From positions 127,100,001-127,164,000 of the forward strand of contig NC_091471.1 of NCBI RefSeq assembly GCF_036971445.1: a stretch of DNA of 64,000 nucleotides, in the 5' to 3' direction. The stretch is from Narcine bancroftii (Eukaryota). The notes beneath the pieces are model-generated. The model searched no databases. It saw only the letters and a program-made list of their open reading frames with translations, and had not been told where the DNA came from. The position numbers were made by a program, and so were the translations under genes. This document shows positions 1-12,149 of the stretch, piece after piece (within the stretch, counting starts at the first letter, position 1; each line of letters begins with the position of its first letter).

Positions 1-1049
1 ACCTGAGTATCTTTTTTCCAGCGGGCGAGGAAGAATTACCACTTGTTTACATACATATGTAAACAAATAAAGAACTGTAAACAGATAATGAATGTAAACA
101 CATTGACTGTGCCATACAGAGAGAATTAAAGAAAATCAATAAAGTAAGAATCCTTAAATGAGTCCTGATAGAGTTTGTTGTTGAGGAGTTTGATGTTGGA
201 GGGGTAGCAGCTGTTCCTGAACCTGGTGGTGTAATGCTTGTGGCACCGATACCTCTTTCCTGATGGCAGCAGTGAAAATAGAATATGTGGTGGGTGGTGT
301 GGATCCTTGTTGATTGCTGCTGCTCTTTGATAGCAGTGTTCCCTGTAGAAGTTCTTGATAGTGGGGAGGGTTTTGCCTGTGATGTTCTCGGCTGTGTCCA
401 CTACCTTTTGGAGGGCTTTTCGCACAGGGGCATTGGGTGTCCCCATACCAGACCATGATGCAACTGGTCAGCAACACTTTCCACCACACATCTGTAGAAA
501 TTTACCAAGGTTTCTGGCATCATATCAAATCTTTGCAAACTCCTGAGTAAGTAGAAGCGCTGATGTGCTTTCATCACAATGCCATTAGTGTGTTGGGTCC
601 AGGAAAGATCATTCTAGATAGTGACTCCCAAGAACTTAAATTTGCTGATGCCCTCCACTTCTGATCATCCAATGATCACTGGAATGTATTAAGAACACAG
701 CCCTGTGGTGCTCTGATACTGATGGATGTCCTTACCAATCCTCACTGATTGTGGTTTGGAGTGGAGAAAATCCATGATCCAATTATACATTGGAGTGTTG
801 AGTCTCAGGTCTTGGAGTTTGCGAATCACTTTTGAGGGGATGATGGGGTAAATGCCAAATAGTAGTCGATAAAGATTAATGCATCTCTGCTGTCCAGGTG
901 TTCCAGGGCTTTGTATTGACCCAGTGAGAATGCATCCACCTGATGCTACAATAGCAAACTGGAACAAATCATTATTGCCACTCAGACAAAAGCAGATATG
1001 CTTCAACAGTAGCCTTTCAAAAGACTTCATCACTGTTGATGTAAGTGCT
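1..1049 (-). mobile_element. Rex1/Babar-type LINE, 3' part (RT C-terminus), degraded
   Basis: Minus-strand ORFs carry Rex1 motifs ALTSTVMKSFERL, NWIMDFL..PQSVRIG, LTSCIMVWYG and FSLLPSGKRYR..TTRFRNS. The element resumes at about 7509-7600, after the LTR insertion. Confidence 0.85.
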
Positions 1050-1690
1050 TGTTGTGTGTGGAGGAATGTGACCACCCTCCCTGTCAGGAATGTGTGTATT
1101 GCAGGTGGTAATATGTCCTCCCTGTCTGCAATGTATTTGGAGTGAAAACCTTGCCTTTGACTAATTCAAATCACTCAGCATCACTGGTTAGACACACAGA
1201 TTAGCACTGTATTTTGCATCAGCACACAGCATATTTCGTTCTCTCTGCCTCATGGTTTAAGCCCTGGACACAAATCCACACCAGGTCGCTGTGACTTGGA
1301 AGGGTCATGGGTGAGATGTGCACTACACTGATGCCGTAGCATTACTATAGTTTAAAATGCTATAGATTGATACTTGCAGTCGAACTGCATCTCCGGACGA
1401 TCAGAGGTCCGGGAGTGTGTGTATATCCCTGCGTGTACAATGTACTAGAGCTGCCTCCCAATGATCAGGGGTCCGGGAGGGTGTGTAAAACCCCTGTTTA
1501 TAGTGTGTGAATATTTGCACTGCCTATGTGAATTAGTAATTGTGCACTGCTTAACATTTTCCCATGCTCTTTTATAAATTGTGTGCACGTTTTAATCCTG
1601 TTACTATTTTCCCACACTCTATAAATTGTGTGCATGTGTGTTTTATTCCTGTTATGATTTTCCAATGCTCTTCTATAAATTGTTGTGTTT
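1050..1690 (+). repeat. 5' LTR (3' portion and PBS deleted)
   Basis: Homologous to 6914-7415. Carries extra internal tandem duplications (about 1385-1500 and 1555-1690) and lacks the AATAAA/U5 part seen in the 3' LTR. Confidence 0.75.
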
Positions 1691-1824
1691 TACCACTGGA
1701 CACGTGGAGTTTCAATCATGTGGGAGAGGGAGACTGGTTTAATCGTGTGGTAGATTGTATTGAATACTGTGGGTGTGGGTGTCCTGTTGGATGTATGGTT
1801 TATTCTGTACATGCTAACTAACAG

Positions 1825-4070
1825 GGCAGTCGGAAGCAACCCATAAGTAGGAAAGGGACCCAAGGGTCGGAGTTTAAGATCCCTACTTGGACCGATAACT
1901 GTCAGGGATTCAGCCATTTGGCGGCGTGGCTGGCAAGCCACATTAGGCCAATAGACTGGAACGACAGGTTGGACCCTCAAGGGTAGAAGATAGGCCACTA
2001 TGTTGTCTCCCACATGGAGTTAATGGGGATTCCTGAGGCTTGGGGGTGGGGGGGGGGGAGAGTTGAGGGGCAATGCTAGGCTTACTGATATCCCTACTCA
2101 AGCCCCAGTGGGATATCATGTCTGAGCTAAGTAGTCAGAAATATAAGGAGATAGAATCCCTGTGAGATGAGTTTTAGGAAGGGCAACACGAGTGTTGGGA
2201 ACTGCCAGAGGCAGTGCAGACTGCCCAAGGACAAGCAACCTTGAAAGATTGGGAGATAGAATCACTGAAACATGAATGTTTGGAACTGTAAGAGGCACAG
2301 CGGGTTGCCCAAGGAGCAACCAAGTTAGACTTTAAAATAAGCACAGCAGTTTCCACATTGATCGAAACAGAGCAGCTGGAAGCTCTCTGGTCTGGCTCAC
2401 AGCAGGACTCAAAAAAAGTCCAAGCCATTGTCCAGCAGGGGGAGGGGATTGACACGAGTTTACGGGATGGGTCTCTTCTTCTTCTTTGGCTTGGCTTCGC
2501 GGACGAAGATTTATGGAGGGGGTAAAAGTCCACGTCAGCTGCAGGCTCGTTTGTGGCTGACAAGTCCGATGCGGGACAGGCAGACACGGTTGCAGCGGCT
2601 GCAGGGGAAAATTGTTTGGTTTGGGTTGGGTGTTGGTACTCGCACCAACCCTCTTTTCAATCTTCTTCAGCATGATGCTGAACCAAGCCATGAAAGACCC
2701 CAACAATGAAGACGCTGTTTACATCCGGTACCGCACGGATGGCAGTCTCTTCAATCTGAGGCGCCTGCAAGCTCACACCAAGACACAAGAGAAACTTGTC
2801 CGTGAACTACTCTTTGCAGATGATGCCGCTTTAGTTGCCCATTCAGAGCCAGCTCTTCAGCGCTTGACGTCCTGCTTTGCGGAAACTGCCAAAATGTTTG
2901 GCCTGGAAGTCAGCCTGAAGAAAACTGAGGTCCTCCATCAGCCAGCTCCCCACCATGACTACCAGCCCCCCCACATCTCCATCGGGCACACAAAACTCAA
3001 AACGGTCAACCAGTTTACCTATCTCGGCTGCACCATTTCATCAGATGCAAGGATCGACAATGAGATAGACAACAGACTCGCCAAGGCAAATAGCGCCTTT
3101 GGAAGACTACACAGAGTCTGGAAAAACAACCAACTGAAAAACCTCACAAAGATAAGCGTATACAGAGCCGTTGTCATACCCACACTCCTGTTCGGCTCCG
3201 AATCATGGGTCCTCTACGGCATCACCTACGGCTCCTAGAACGCTTCCACCAGCGTTGTCTCCGCTCCATCCTCAACATCCATTGGAGCGCTTTCATCCCT
3301 AACGTCGAAGTACTCGAGATGGCAGAGGTCGACAGCATCGAGTCCACGCTGCTGAAGATCCAGCTGCGCTGGACCATCGCCTTCCCAAGATCGTGTTATA
3401 TGGCGAGCTCTCCACTGGCCACCGTGACAGAGGTGCACCAAAGAAAAGGTACAAGGACTGCCTAAAGAAATCTCTTGGTGCCTGCCACATTGACCACCGC
3501 CAGTGGGCTGATATCGCCTCAAACCGTGCATCTTGGTGCCTCACAGTTTGGTGGGCAGCAACCTCCTTTGAAGAAGACCACAGAGCCCACCTCACTGACA
3601 AAAGGCAAAGGAGAATATGTGTCGATGAATTGTGCTAACCCTGGGGAAACTGAGTCCCACTTGCTCCCCCATGTGCTTGAGCCTTTACCAGCCTGACCAG
3701 TGGCCACACGTCCCAGGTCTGCCAACTCTCCAAAACGGTGAGGTAGCCAAAAATGGGGGGACCTTGGGTGGGCATGTAGGTGGTTATAGTGATGTAATGG
3801 AGCCTGAGGACGACTCTGATAAAGGGCTAAACAGGTAAGGGTACCAATATCACCAGCGGCCAGGTGAACATTTAGCCATGCCACTGCTTCAGTTGGGAGA
3901 AAAAATGCTCCCAATTCTCTTCTCTCTCATTGCAAAGCAAGTGCCATGGGTGGTCAGTCTGACTAGTAGATGATTGCCAGCACCTTGTGGTCACCGCCAG
4001 AAGGGGTCGATAATGATACCACACCATGGGAATGGGTGATGACTGTGATCCAAGCTAGGTTCCCTGCCCT
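1825..4070 (+). pseudogene. gag: Retroviral gag remnant interrupted by an RTE insertion
   Basis: Manual translation gives IPTWTDNCQGFSHLAAWLASHIRPIDWN (from 1879), YQYHQRPGEHLAMPLLQLGE (from 3842) and PWEWVMTVIQARFP (from 4024). These resemble the recalled ERV-L gag motifs YRQxPGExxxxWLLRLWD and SLWxxLxxAVxxRYP. Contains stops and frameshifts. Confidence 0.55.
2475..3612 (-). mobile_element. RTE-clade LINE, 5'-truncated with 5' inversion
   Basis: The 3' end and (GAA)n tail lie on the - strand at 2475-2636. The RT segment (LAPTLF, LFADD, FTYLG) lies on the + strand at 2637-3612. Confidence 0.9.
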
Positions 4071-4274
4071 TAGAATGATGCTGACACGGCTGGCTATAGT
4101 GGCACCCCATCGACGTGGGGATGTGGATTGTTAGGGTGTGGGCATTGATTGTGGGTATCTATGGGGGCATTAATGATCACCTCCCAGGGAGCCCTTGGTG
4201 GGCTATTTAGTTACCGCCATACACCACCCCCCCTAGTTTTGGAGGGATGGTCTTGCAACCAAAAAGGCGATTAA

Positions 4275-4535
4275 GTACATCTTGGCGCCTCACAGTTTGG
4301 CGGGCAGCAACCTCCTTTGAAGAAGACCGCAGAGCCCACCTCACTGACAAAAGGCAAAGGAGGAAAAACCCAACACCCAACCTCAACCAACCAATTTTCC
4401 CCTGCAACCGCTGCAACCGTGTCTGCCTGTCCCGCATCGGACTTGTCAGCCACAAACGAGCCTGCAGCTGACGTGGACTTTTTACCCCCTCCATAAATCT
4501 TCGTCCGCGAAGCCAAGCCAAAGAAAGAAAGAAAG
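4275..4535 (+). mobile_element. RTE LINE 3' fragment
   Basis: C-terminal zinc finger FPCNRCNRVCLSRIGLVSHKRACS, 3' UTR ending GCCAAGCCAAAG, and (GAAA)n tail. Confidence 0.9.
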
Positions 4536-5982
4536 ACATGGAGTAGAGAGCTCCTGCATAGGTTTCAGGGCTGAGGAAAAGTTCTGCGACGTCTCCCTGC
4601 TGGTAACTTACAGAGACGTGTGCTCTCTGGAGAGAGCATTGCGGGCCGGAGCCTCGTTGGGGTGGAGCTTCCTATGCGCTGCCCACTTCGACTTGGACCA
4701 GCCTCCCCTCTAGTCTTCCCCGACTGATATATCTTTTGAGCTCCTCCACAACCCCTTCCCAATAGAAGACTACCCTTCAAGCTGCTCCTCTTCTACAAAA
4801 ACTCATCTCAACAGATTGCTACTCAACAGACTACTGCAACTGAATTACTGACAACTGTGGCCACTACTGCAGCTTGTTTAATCCAAGAACCAGTTTTGTC
4901 ATTTATTATGTAAAGAACTCTCAAGTTAGCCATTACCATGGTAACCTAAACCTCAGCATTGGACATTTGATTGTACCGATTGCGATTTGTATTATGAGCA
5001 TGGACTTTGTAATGAACCCTTTGTGTTTTTTCTTACTTTTTCCCCAATCACCCTGTAATAATGATGTATTATAAGTAGTGTCAGGTCATTCGAAGTTATA
5101 ATTTATAGATTCATGGTTAAAATTTGTAGATTCAAAGTTACAGTTTAAATCAAACCATAGTTTGGAACGTATATATTTTGTTTCAGTTGACAAAGACAGT
5201 GTCACCCCAGAACTCCCATTAACAGAAAAACACCTCATGGGGTGGAGTCTTTGGGAGCTTTTATTTAAAAATACTAAATTGGCTAACTTTCAGTCCCGAC
5301 TCCTCCTGGCTATCGTTACAGGAATCCAACACTGGCACTAGTGGCACCCGTTTGAAGAGAGAATGAGCCTGGAAAGCGGAGTGCTCTGGGTACATCCCAG
5401 AAATATGTCTGCCAGACTGCCCCCTGCCTCACCACAGCATAGTAAGGTGACAGACATCTGGGCTCTGTGCTTAGGGAGTGCCCAAGTAGGAGGTCAAGGC
5501 ACGGGATGCGCAAACCAAAAGAGGGCTCTGGCTCCTGATGGATGACCTTGGATGGCCTGCTTACAGACATTGGTGGTAAGGGTGCTCACATTTGCCAACC
5601 AAGCTGGAGAACCCAGGCATATGAGTCGGTGACCAAACAAATTCCTTATTCTAACCTCCCCTCTGACACTGGGGAGCAGCTCCCACAACACCCTGCTCCA
5701 TCAGAAACACAGCAACCCTGTTTGGTCAGAGGTTGGTGGGGGGGGGGGGGGTGGATTTGTGAGGTGCTATCATTAAATGTAATTATGTGCCTTGTCTAGC
5801 ATGCGGAAGGCATTTATGTATATATTGATCTGGTTGATTAGTATCTTTAAAAAAAATATATATATTATTCTGTTTTTTTTAGTTGTAACATGTAAAGTCA
5901 TTGATTGTCATCATAAGGCCCTTTTATGCAAAGAAAAAGCCCAACTGTAAAAGTGGAGGTTCTCCACCCTTGTGTCAGGAGA

Positions 5983-6257
5983 CTTACCTTCTTGAATGTG
6001 CCATCGCCGTCTCCAAGGTTCCAACTGCATTCCCTCTCGAGGAAGGGTAATTGGTGGAGCATTGTGCTCCGCCGCCTCACTTGAACGTACAGCCACTGCA
6101 AGCAGTTAGTTAGAGGTGGCTTACCTTCTTGAATGTGCCATCGCCGTCTCCAAGGTTCCGACTGCATTCCCTCTCGAGGAAGGGTAATTGGTGGAGCATT
6201 GTGCTCCGCCGCCTCACTTGAATGTACAGCCACTGCAAGCAGTTAGTTAGAGGTGGC
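5983..6257. repeat. Tandem duplication, 2 x 137 bp
   Basis: Units 5983-6119 and 6120-6256 differ at only two positions that I could see. Confidence 0.9.
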
Positions 6258-6913
6258 CTGATGATACTGTCAGCCAATAATCCCTCTCCCTCCATGAACT
6301 CCTCAAAGCAAGGGCAATTGGCAGGAGCCGTCATGGCAGGGGCAGCTGGCAGGAGCCATCAGGCCATGGGAGCCAGCAGGGGTCATCAGCTCATGGGTCG
6401 TCGGTGGGGGCTGTCAGGCAGCAGGATCCATCAGGTCAGGGGCAGTTGGCAGGGGCTCTCAGGCAGGGGGAGGGGCCATCAGGCAGGGGCAGGGGCCATT
6501 AGGGGGAAGCCGGTGTGGGCTGTGACAGCTCAGCTGGTCGCTCCGGCACCCCACTGGGCCATTTTGGCATTTGGGGCCACTCTGCGCGGCTCAAAACATT
6601 GCAGAACAATGGCCATCTTCCCTACGCATAATCTCCCATGCAGCTGGAACTGTTCTGGGAAATGCAGGGGGATTATGGGTAGGGAAGATGGCTGTTGTTC
6701 TGATGCGAATTTATGGCAGTTGGCGCTACAGTACCAGTCTCCATTCAGCTCCGGAGGGCGCTTCGAGACGCACTCAACATGAATGTGGTGCAGGAGCAGT
6801 CTTTTAGGGCAGTTCCATGAAAGGTAAGTTTTTTGTTTTTCCCTCCACACATGTAGTCGGCCTCCAAAGGGCCGATAGTAATTCCAGAGTGATGTGGCTT
6901 CTGATAGGTGGAA

Positions 6914-7508
6914 TGTGTGTGTGGAGGAATGTGGCCTCCCTGCCTATCTGGGATGTATTTTGAAGTCACATCACCTGTCAATCAAGGTTGGGCTCCAGCA
7001 AGTAATTAGTGTGCACCGTGCCATTGGCTAAATCAAATCACTATTGGCTAGCAAACAGATTAGCGCTTATTTAGCACAAGCATAGAGCAGTCTCTCTGCC
7101 TCTTTGTTCAAGACCTGGACACTGCTCCATGCCAGGTCGCTTCTGTGAATGGCGCTTGGAAGGGTCGCGGATACTAAAGCTGAGCCATAATATCACTATG
7201 GTTCAGAATGCTATAGATCAATACTTGCAGTACAGTTGCACCTTCTGATAACCAGGGATCCAGGAGGGTGTGTAAAACCCCTACTTATAGTGTGCGAATG
7301 TCGGCACTGCCTGTGTGAATTAGTAATTGTGTACTGCTTAATGGTGTCCCAAGCTGTTTTATAAATGTGCGCATTTTATTCCAATTATAATTTTTCTACT
7401 CTTCTATAAATTGTGTGTTAATAAAAGCTACAGGTGATGGTAAACACTTGTGTCCAGACTCATCTCTCTGTGAACCCACCAATCCTGATACTCTTTCTCA
7501 ACACAACA
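6914..7508 (+). repeat. 3' LTR
   Basis: Starts TG after a purine-rich tract (ATAGGTGGAA), has AATAAA near 7420, and ends ACACAACA followed by the TSD. Confidence 0.8.
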
Positions 7509-8551
7509 GTGCTACTGGTCGATTGACAATAAAGCAGGTTACTACATTCTTCTTGGGCACCAGTATAACTGACACCTTGAAGTGCCAGTTGATGAAGTAG
7601 ACAAAGTGGTCAAACAATAATCATGGCTTTTATTAGCAGAAACTCATGGTACAATAATGAAAGACAATAGGCGCAGACACAGTTATACCCAAGGGGATCA
7701 TCCTTAACAGTAGAGATAATACACAGCCAATGTTAGTACAGCAAGGCTCACCAGAGGGGAGACAGGCAGCTTGGCAGACATTCACCACACACCTGTTTGA
7801 AATAAGTGGGTACCAAACACTGCCAGAATGCGATTTTGAAGATATTTGTGGATACATTGGTAACTTGGTTGCAGCAAGCTGAATCTCTGTGACAACGGTA
7901 CATTAAGAAGCAGGCACATCATGTGATAGTCATATGAATTAGGAGAACAAATCAAAAAGAATGTGCAATGTTACATATTCTACATAAATCAGGTTGGAAA
8001 CTGACTCTGTATGAATTGAGTTTTTAATGTCAGCACACAGCAGATGGGTGAAATGTGATTCTTGGTATATCTTGAGCAATTCTTTGATCCCTTGTAATTT
8101 CTATGCAAGATGACTGGAAAAATGGAAATGTTAATTTTGTGCAATATTATGTATATTCTCCAGTAATTTGGTGGGATACTGACATAGTGGGAATTGAGCT
8201 TCTCACAAGAGAATGAAAGTACATCTCATCTTAATTTGTTTTGTTTCAGATTTTCAAAAGAGTTGGTCAAATATTCTTCTTCAACTTAGAATGCGTTACC
8301 AAACAAAACAGCAACCAATAAAAGACATTACCACTTCCATCTTAAGAGCACACAGTTTGACAGTAACTTCCAGGACATTATAACAAACTGAATTAGCTTG
8401 CATTAATTAGGAGAAAATATGGGAAAGTCATCCTCAGGTGGCTACATCTGAGGGAAGATGTTTAAAAATGAAGAAAAAACAAGTCATTCTGGATCGATTT
8501 AAAATTGGGTTGTCAATTTTCTAGTTAAATGTGGCAACTGATTATCAGAGA

Positions 8552-8687
8552 TTTTCCCCTGCAGCCGCTGCAACCGTGTCTGCCTGCCCCTCATCGGACT
8601 TGTCAGCCACAAACGAGCCTGCAGCTGACGTGGACTTTTACCCCCTCCTTAAATCTTCGTCCGCGAAGCCAAGCCAAAGAAGAAAGA
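8552..8687 (+). mobile_element. RTE LINE, short 3' fragment
   Basis: Same 3' end as the other RTE copies. 8-bp TSD ATCAGAGA at 8544-8551 and 8688-8695. Confidence 0.9.
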
Positions 8688-10029
8688 ATCAGAGACTAGA
8701 ATCTGTCAGGCCACCTCAGAATGTTAATTTTCCTATCACCAATAAACAACTGGAGCACAAAAAAAAGAATGAAAACTCAGCTATATTTCTTAAGAGTAAA
8801 CACTTCAGAATCAAATCTTCAGCTACAGAATGGTTGCAACCATCTGACACTAAATCAAAATAGAGCAAGACTCACTGATAAGAGTTTAACTGTACTTTAT
8901 ATCAAGGTCAGTTCAAATGTAATATTCCACTTGTACTTCAATGGGTATAATTATGATGTTTAAGTATGTGCAAAAGAGTAAGTCCTACACCTTTCTTGTC
9001 TTTCAATTACCATTAATTGTGAAAAATCACAGAATGCTAAATTTAAAAAACTATTAGGTGCAAAGTGGATTTGGGCTCCTTGAGATTATTTATAATTTGG
9101 ACCAGAAAGTAATTTTGTTTTTTTTTGTGTTCAAATAATAAATATTAATGGCAATTTTGTTTCAAACAATGTTTGCAGTAAATTCCTGAAGTAGAATCCA
9201 AGATTCCCTTGTGAATGCAGTCGTGGAAAATTAACAAGTGTCTCAGCAGCCATTATACAGGTTCTGCAAATATAATTCCTTAGACTGATAAAATTTGTCC
9301 CTTTGTGAAATGAAACCGTATGCCTTTACAAATGATGAGCTTTGCACAATATTTTGAGATATTTAAGATCATAAATTATTTTTAAAACTGCAGCAGAAGA
9401 TTGCCTTATTTTAATCAGCAGAATCTTTCTACTAATGAAAACAACTGTGGACTTAATGGTATTGAGAAATCAAAATTCCATCTTCAGGAACAAAAAGTTG
9501 TTTGGAACTAAACATTAGTTTGATGCAGTTACAGGTGATGAAATTTGGCTGAGAGTTAGTTACAATAACACACTTGACATTTTGGGCATTACTATCTTTG
9601 CGATTAAATGGAGCAGTCTCGATAATTTACATGGTCGTAAATAGAATAAACATTTTTATTTCTCATTATTTGAGTCATTAAAATACCAGAAATGTAAGTA
9701 ATTTTGGAGAACAGATGTTTAATCAATTACTCTGATAATGGTGCTTCAAGCTGTTAACAATTTCTTAAGCACTAGAAGGTTGGAAAAAGATGCTTAAAAT
9801 ATCACAAGTCAAAATAGACTGCTGCATAACTGAATATTTAAGAAGACACATTGTTTTTCACAAGTATCTTCTGCTATCTGGGTTTGGAAACTGCATACTG
9901 TTAATTTTTGTTTATCTGAAATAAGAATAAATCCATTGTGTAGATCAATAGATTAACTTAGGGCATCCATAATTAGATTTTCATTTGAATCTAATTTCTG
10001 TCTTTGCAACCTGATGTGAAACCTAGAGG

Positions 10030-10400
10030 TTCATAGAATCATGGAAACAGCACTGTTATGCCCAACTTATCCATGCCAACCATTATGCTTATCTATGCTA
10101 AACCCATTTGCCTACATGTAAGCACATAGTTCTCTGAACCTTTCCTGTCTGTGGCTGCACCTGTGCAAATGCCTTTTAACTGTTGTAATTGTCCCTGCCT
10201 CTACCACCTCTTCTGGCAGCTCATTCCAGATATTTACGGCCCTCTGGGCAAAAATAATGTACCCTCAATTCTCATTTAAATATTTCCCCTCTCTCTTTAA
10301 ATGCATGTACTCCAGTTCGAGACTTCCATACACTGATGAAAAGTAAATCTATGCCCTCATAATCTATTTTTAATTAATAAGGTTACCCTTCAGCTTATCT
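10030..10400 (-). mobile_element. CR1 LINE 3' end, old
   Basis: Reverse-complement CR1 tail (CATAGAATCAT) and degraded RT C-terminus. Confidence 0.65.
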
Positions 10401-10407
10401 TATATAT

Positions 10408-10636
10408 GGGCGGAAAGGTTGGCATAGCAGATAGCGCAACGCCTTTACAGTGCCAGCGATCAGGACTGGGTTTTGAATCCTGTGCTGTCTGTAAGGAGTT
10501 TGTATGTTCTTCCTGTGTCTGCGCAGGTTTTTTCTGGGGGCTCCAGTTTCCTCCCACCATTCAAAAACATACTGTGGTGTACGTTAATGGGGTGTAAATT
10601 GGGCAGCATGGACTTGTAGGGCCGAATTGGCCCGTC
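10408..10636 (+). mobile_element. tRNA-derived SINE (HE1/V-SINE-like)
   Basis: tRNA-like head with a B-box-like GGTTTTGAATCC, and a central GGAGTTTGTATGTTCTTCCTGTGTCTGC...CTCCAGTTTCCTCCCAC domain. Several copies occur in the window. Confidence 0.8.
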
Positions 10637-10671
10637 ATTAAAGATGAAATAGTGAAACTTTTGGAACATAA

Positions 10672-11989
10672 GGGTTCAATCAGGCAGACGCAGCATGGTT
10701 TTAGAAAGGGAAGATCTTGTTTGACAACTTGTTAGGATTTTTTGAGGATATAATGGGTGCGGTGGATAGAGGGGAACAGGTTGATGTCATATATTTGGAT
10801 TTCCAGAAAGCGTTTGATAAGGTGCCGCACAAGAGTCTTATCAGTAAGTTACAGAAAAGTGGAGTCCGGGGAAGTATATTGGCCTGGATTGAAAATTGGT
10901 TGTCTGACAGGAGGCAGAGAGTCGGGATAAATGGGAGTTTTTCAGGTTGGCAGAGAGTGGTAAGTGGGGTGCCGCAGGGGTCAGTGTTAGGCCCACAACT
11001 TTTCATCATTTACATTGATGACTTGGAGGAGGGGACAAAATGTGGTGTAGCCAAGTTTGCAGATGACACCAAATTGAGTGGAAGAGCAAATTGTAATGAG
11101 GATGTGGAGAGTCTGCAGAGGGATATAGTTAAGCTGGATGAGTGGGCAAAGGTCTGGCAGATGGAGTACAATGTTAGTAAGTGTGAGGTTATCCACTTTG
11201 GCAAGAAAAATAAAAGAGCTGAATATTATTTAAAGGGTGAAAAACTACAGCATGCTGTTGTGCAGAGGGACTTGGGAGTGCTTGTGCATGAATCGCAAAA
11301 AAGTTAGGTTGCAGGTGCAGCAGGTTATTAAGAATGTTGGCCTTCATCGCTGGAGGAATTGAATTGAATTCAGGAGTAGGGAGGTAATGTTACAACTGTA
11401 TAAGGTACTGGTGAGACTGCACCTGGAGTACTGTGTCCAGTTCTGGTCTCCATATTTGAGGAAGGATATAATGGCTTTGGAGACAGTCCAGAGGAGGTTT
11501 ACTTGGTTGATCCCTGGGATGAAGGGGTTGACTTATGATGAAAGATTAAATCATCTAGGATTATATTCGCTCGAGTTCAGAAGCATGAGAGGAGATCTTA
11601 TAGAAACATATAGGATTATGAAGGGTATGGATAGGATAGATGTAGGAAGGGTTTTTGAGCTGGCCGGGGAAACTAAAACAAGAGGACACAGTCTCAAGAT
11701 TTGGGGGAGTAGATTTAGGACAGAGATGAGAAAAAATAGTTTTTCCCAGAGAGTAGTGAATGTTTGGAATTCTCTAACCAGGGAAGTGGTTGAGGCTGCC
11801 TCATTAAACATATTTAAAATTCGGTTAGATAAATTTTTACATGATAGAGGAATTAGGGGATATGGGGAGAAGGCAGGCAGGTGGAGTTAGGTCATAAATT
11901 AGATCAGCCATGATAGTATTGAATGGCGGTGCAGGCTCGATGGGCCATTTTTGGCCGACTCCTGTTCCTACTTCCTATGTTTCTATGTT
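10672..11989 (+). mobile_element. CR1 LINE, 5'-truncated (RT domain and 3' tail)
   Basis: ORFs 10717-11307 (YLDFQKAFDKVPH, GVPQGSVLGP, KFADDTK) and 11387-11890 (LEYCVQFWSP, TRGHSLK), with tail CCTATGTTTCTATGTT. Confidence 0.92.
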
Positions 11990-12149
11990 AGGACTATATG
12001 ATTCTCAGCTTTACCGTGCGAGTGTGGTTTGAACAATAAATGAAGGTGACTTGACTTTTGTGTCTATATTTAAAAATTTTAAATATTCCAGTGTAAATAA
12101 GCTCATCTTATCCTATATTGCCTGATAAACTACAATCCTGCATTTCATG

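Larger units (their letters stand above)
1050..7508 (+). mobile_element. Degraded endogenous retrovirus / LTR element with ERV-L (class III)-like gag
   Basis: Termini TGTTGTGT...ACACAACA form a perfect 8-bp inverted repeat. 5-bp TSD GTGCT at 1045-1049 and 7509-7513. Homologous LTRs at both ends and gag-like motifs inside. Confidence 0.8.

Noticed and set aside
6222-6850. ORFs of 186 and 106 aa as genes
   Set aside because: They are low-complexity GC-rich repeat sequence with no protein motif.
10408-10480. tRNA gene
   Set aside because: Only a degenerate tRNA-like SINE head attached to a SINE body; the same applies to the other copies.
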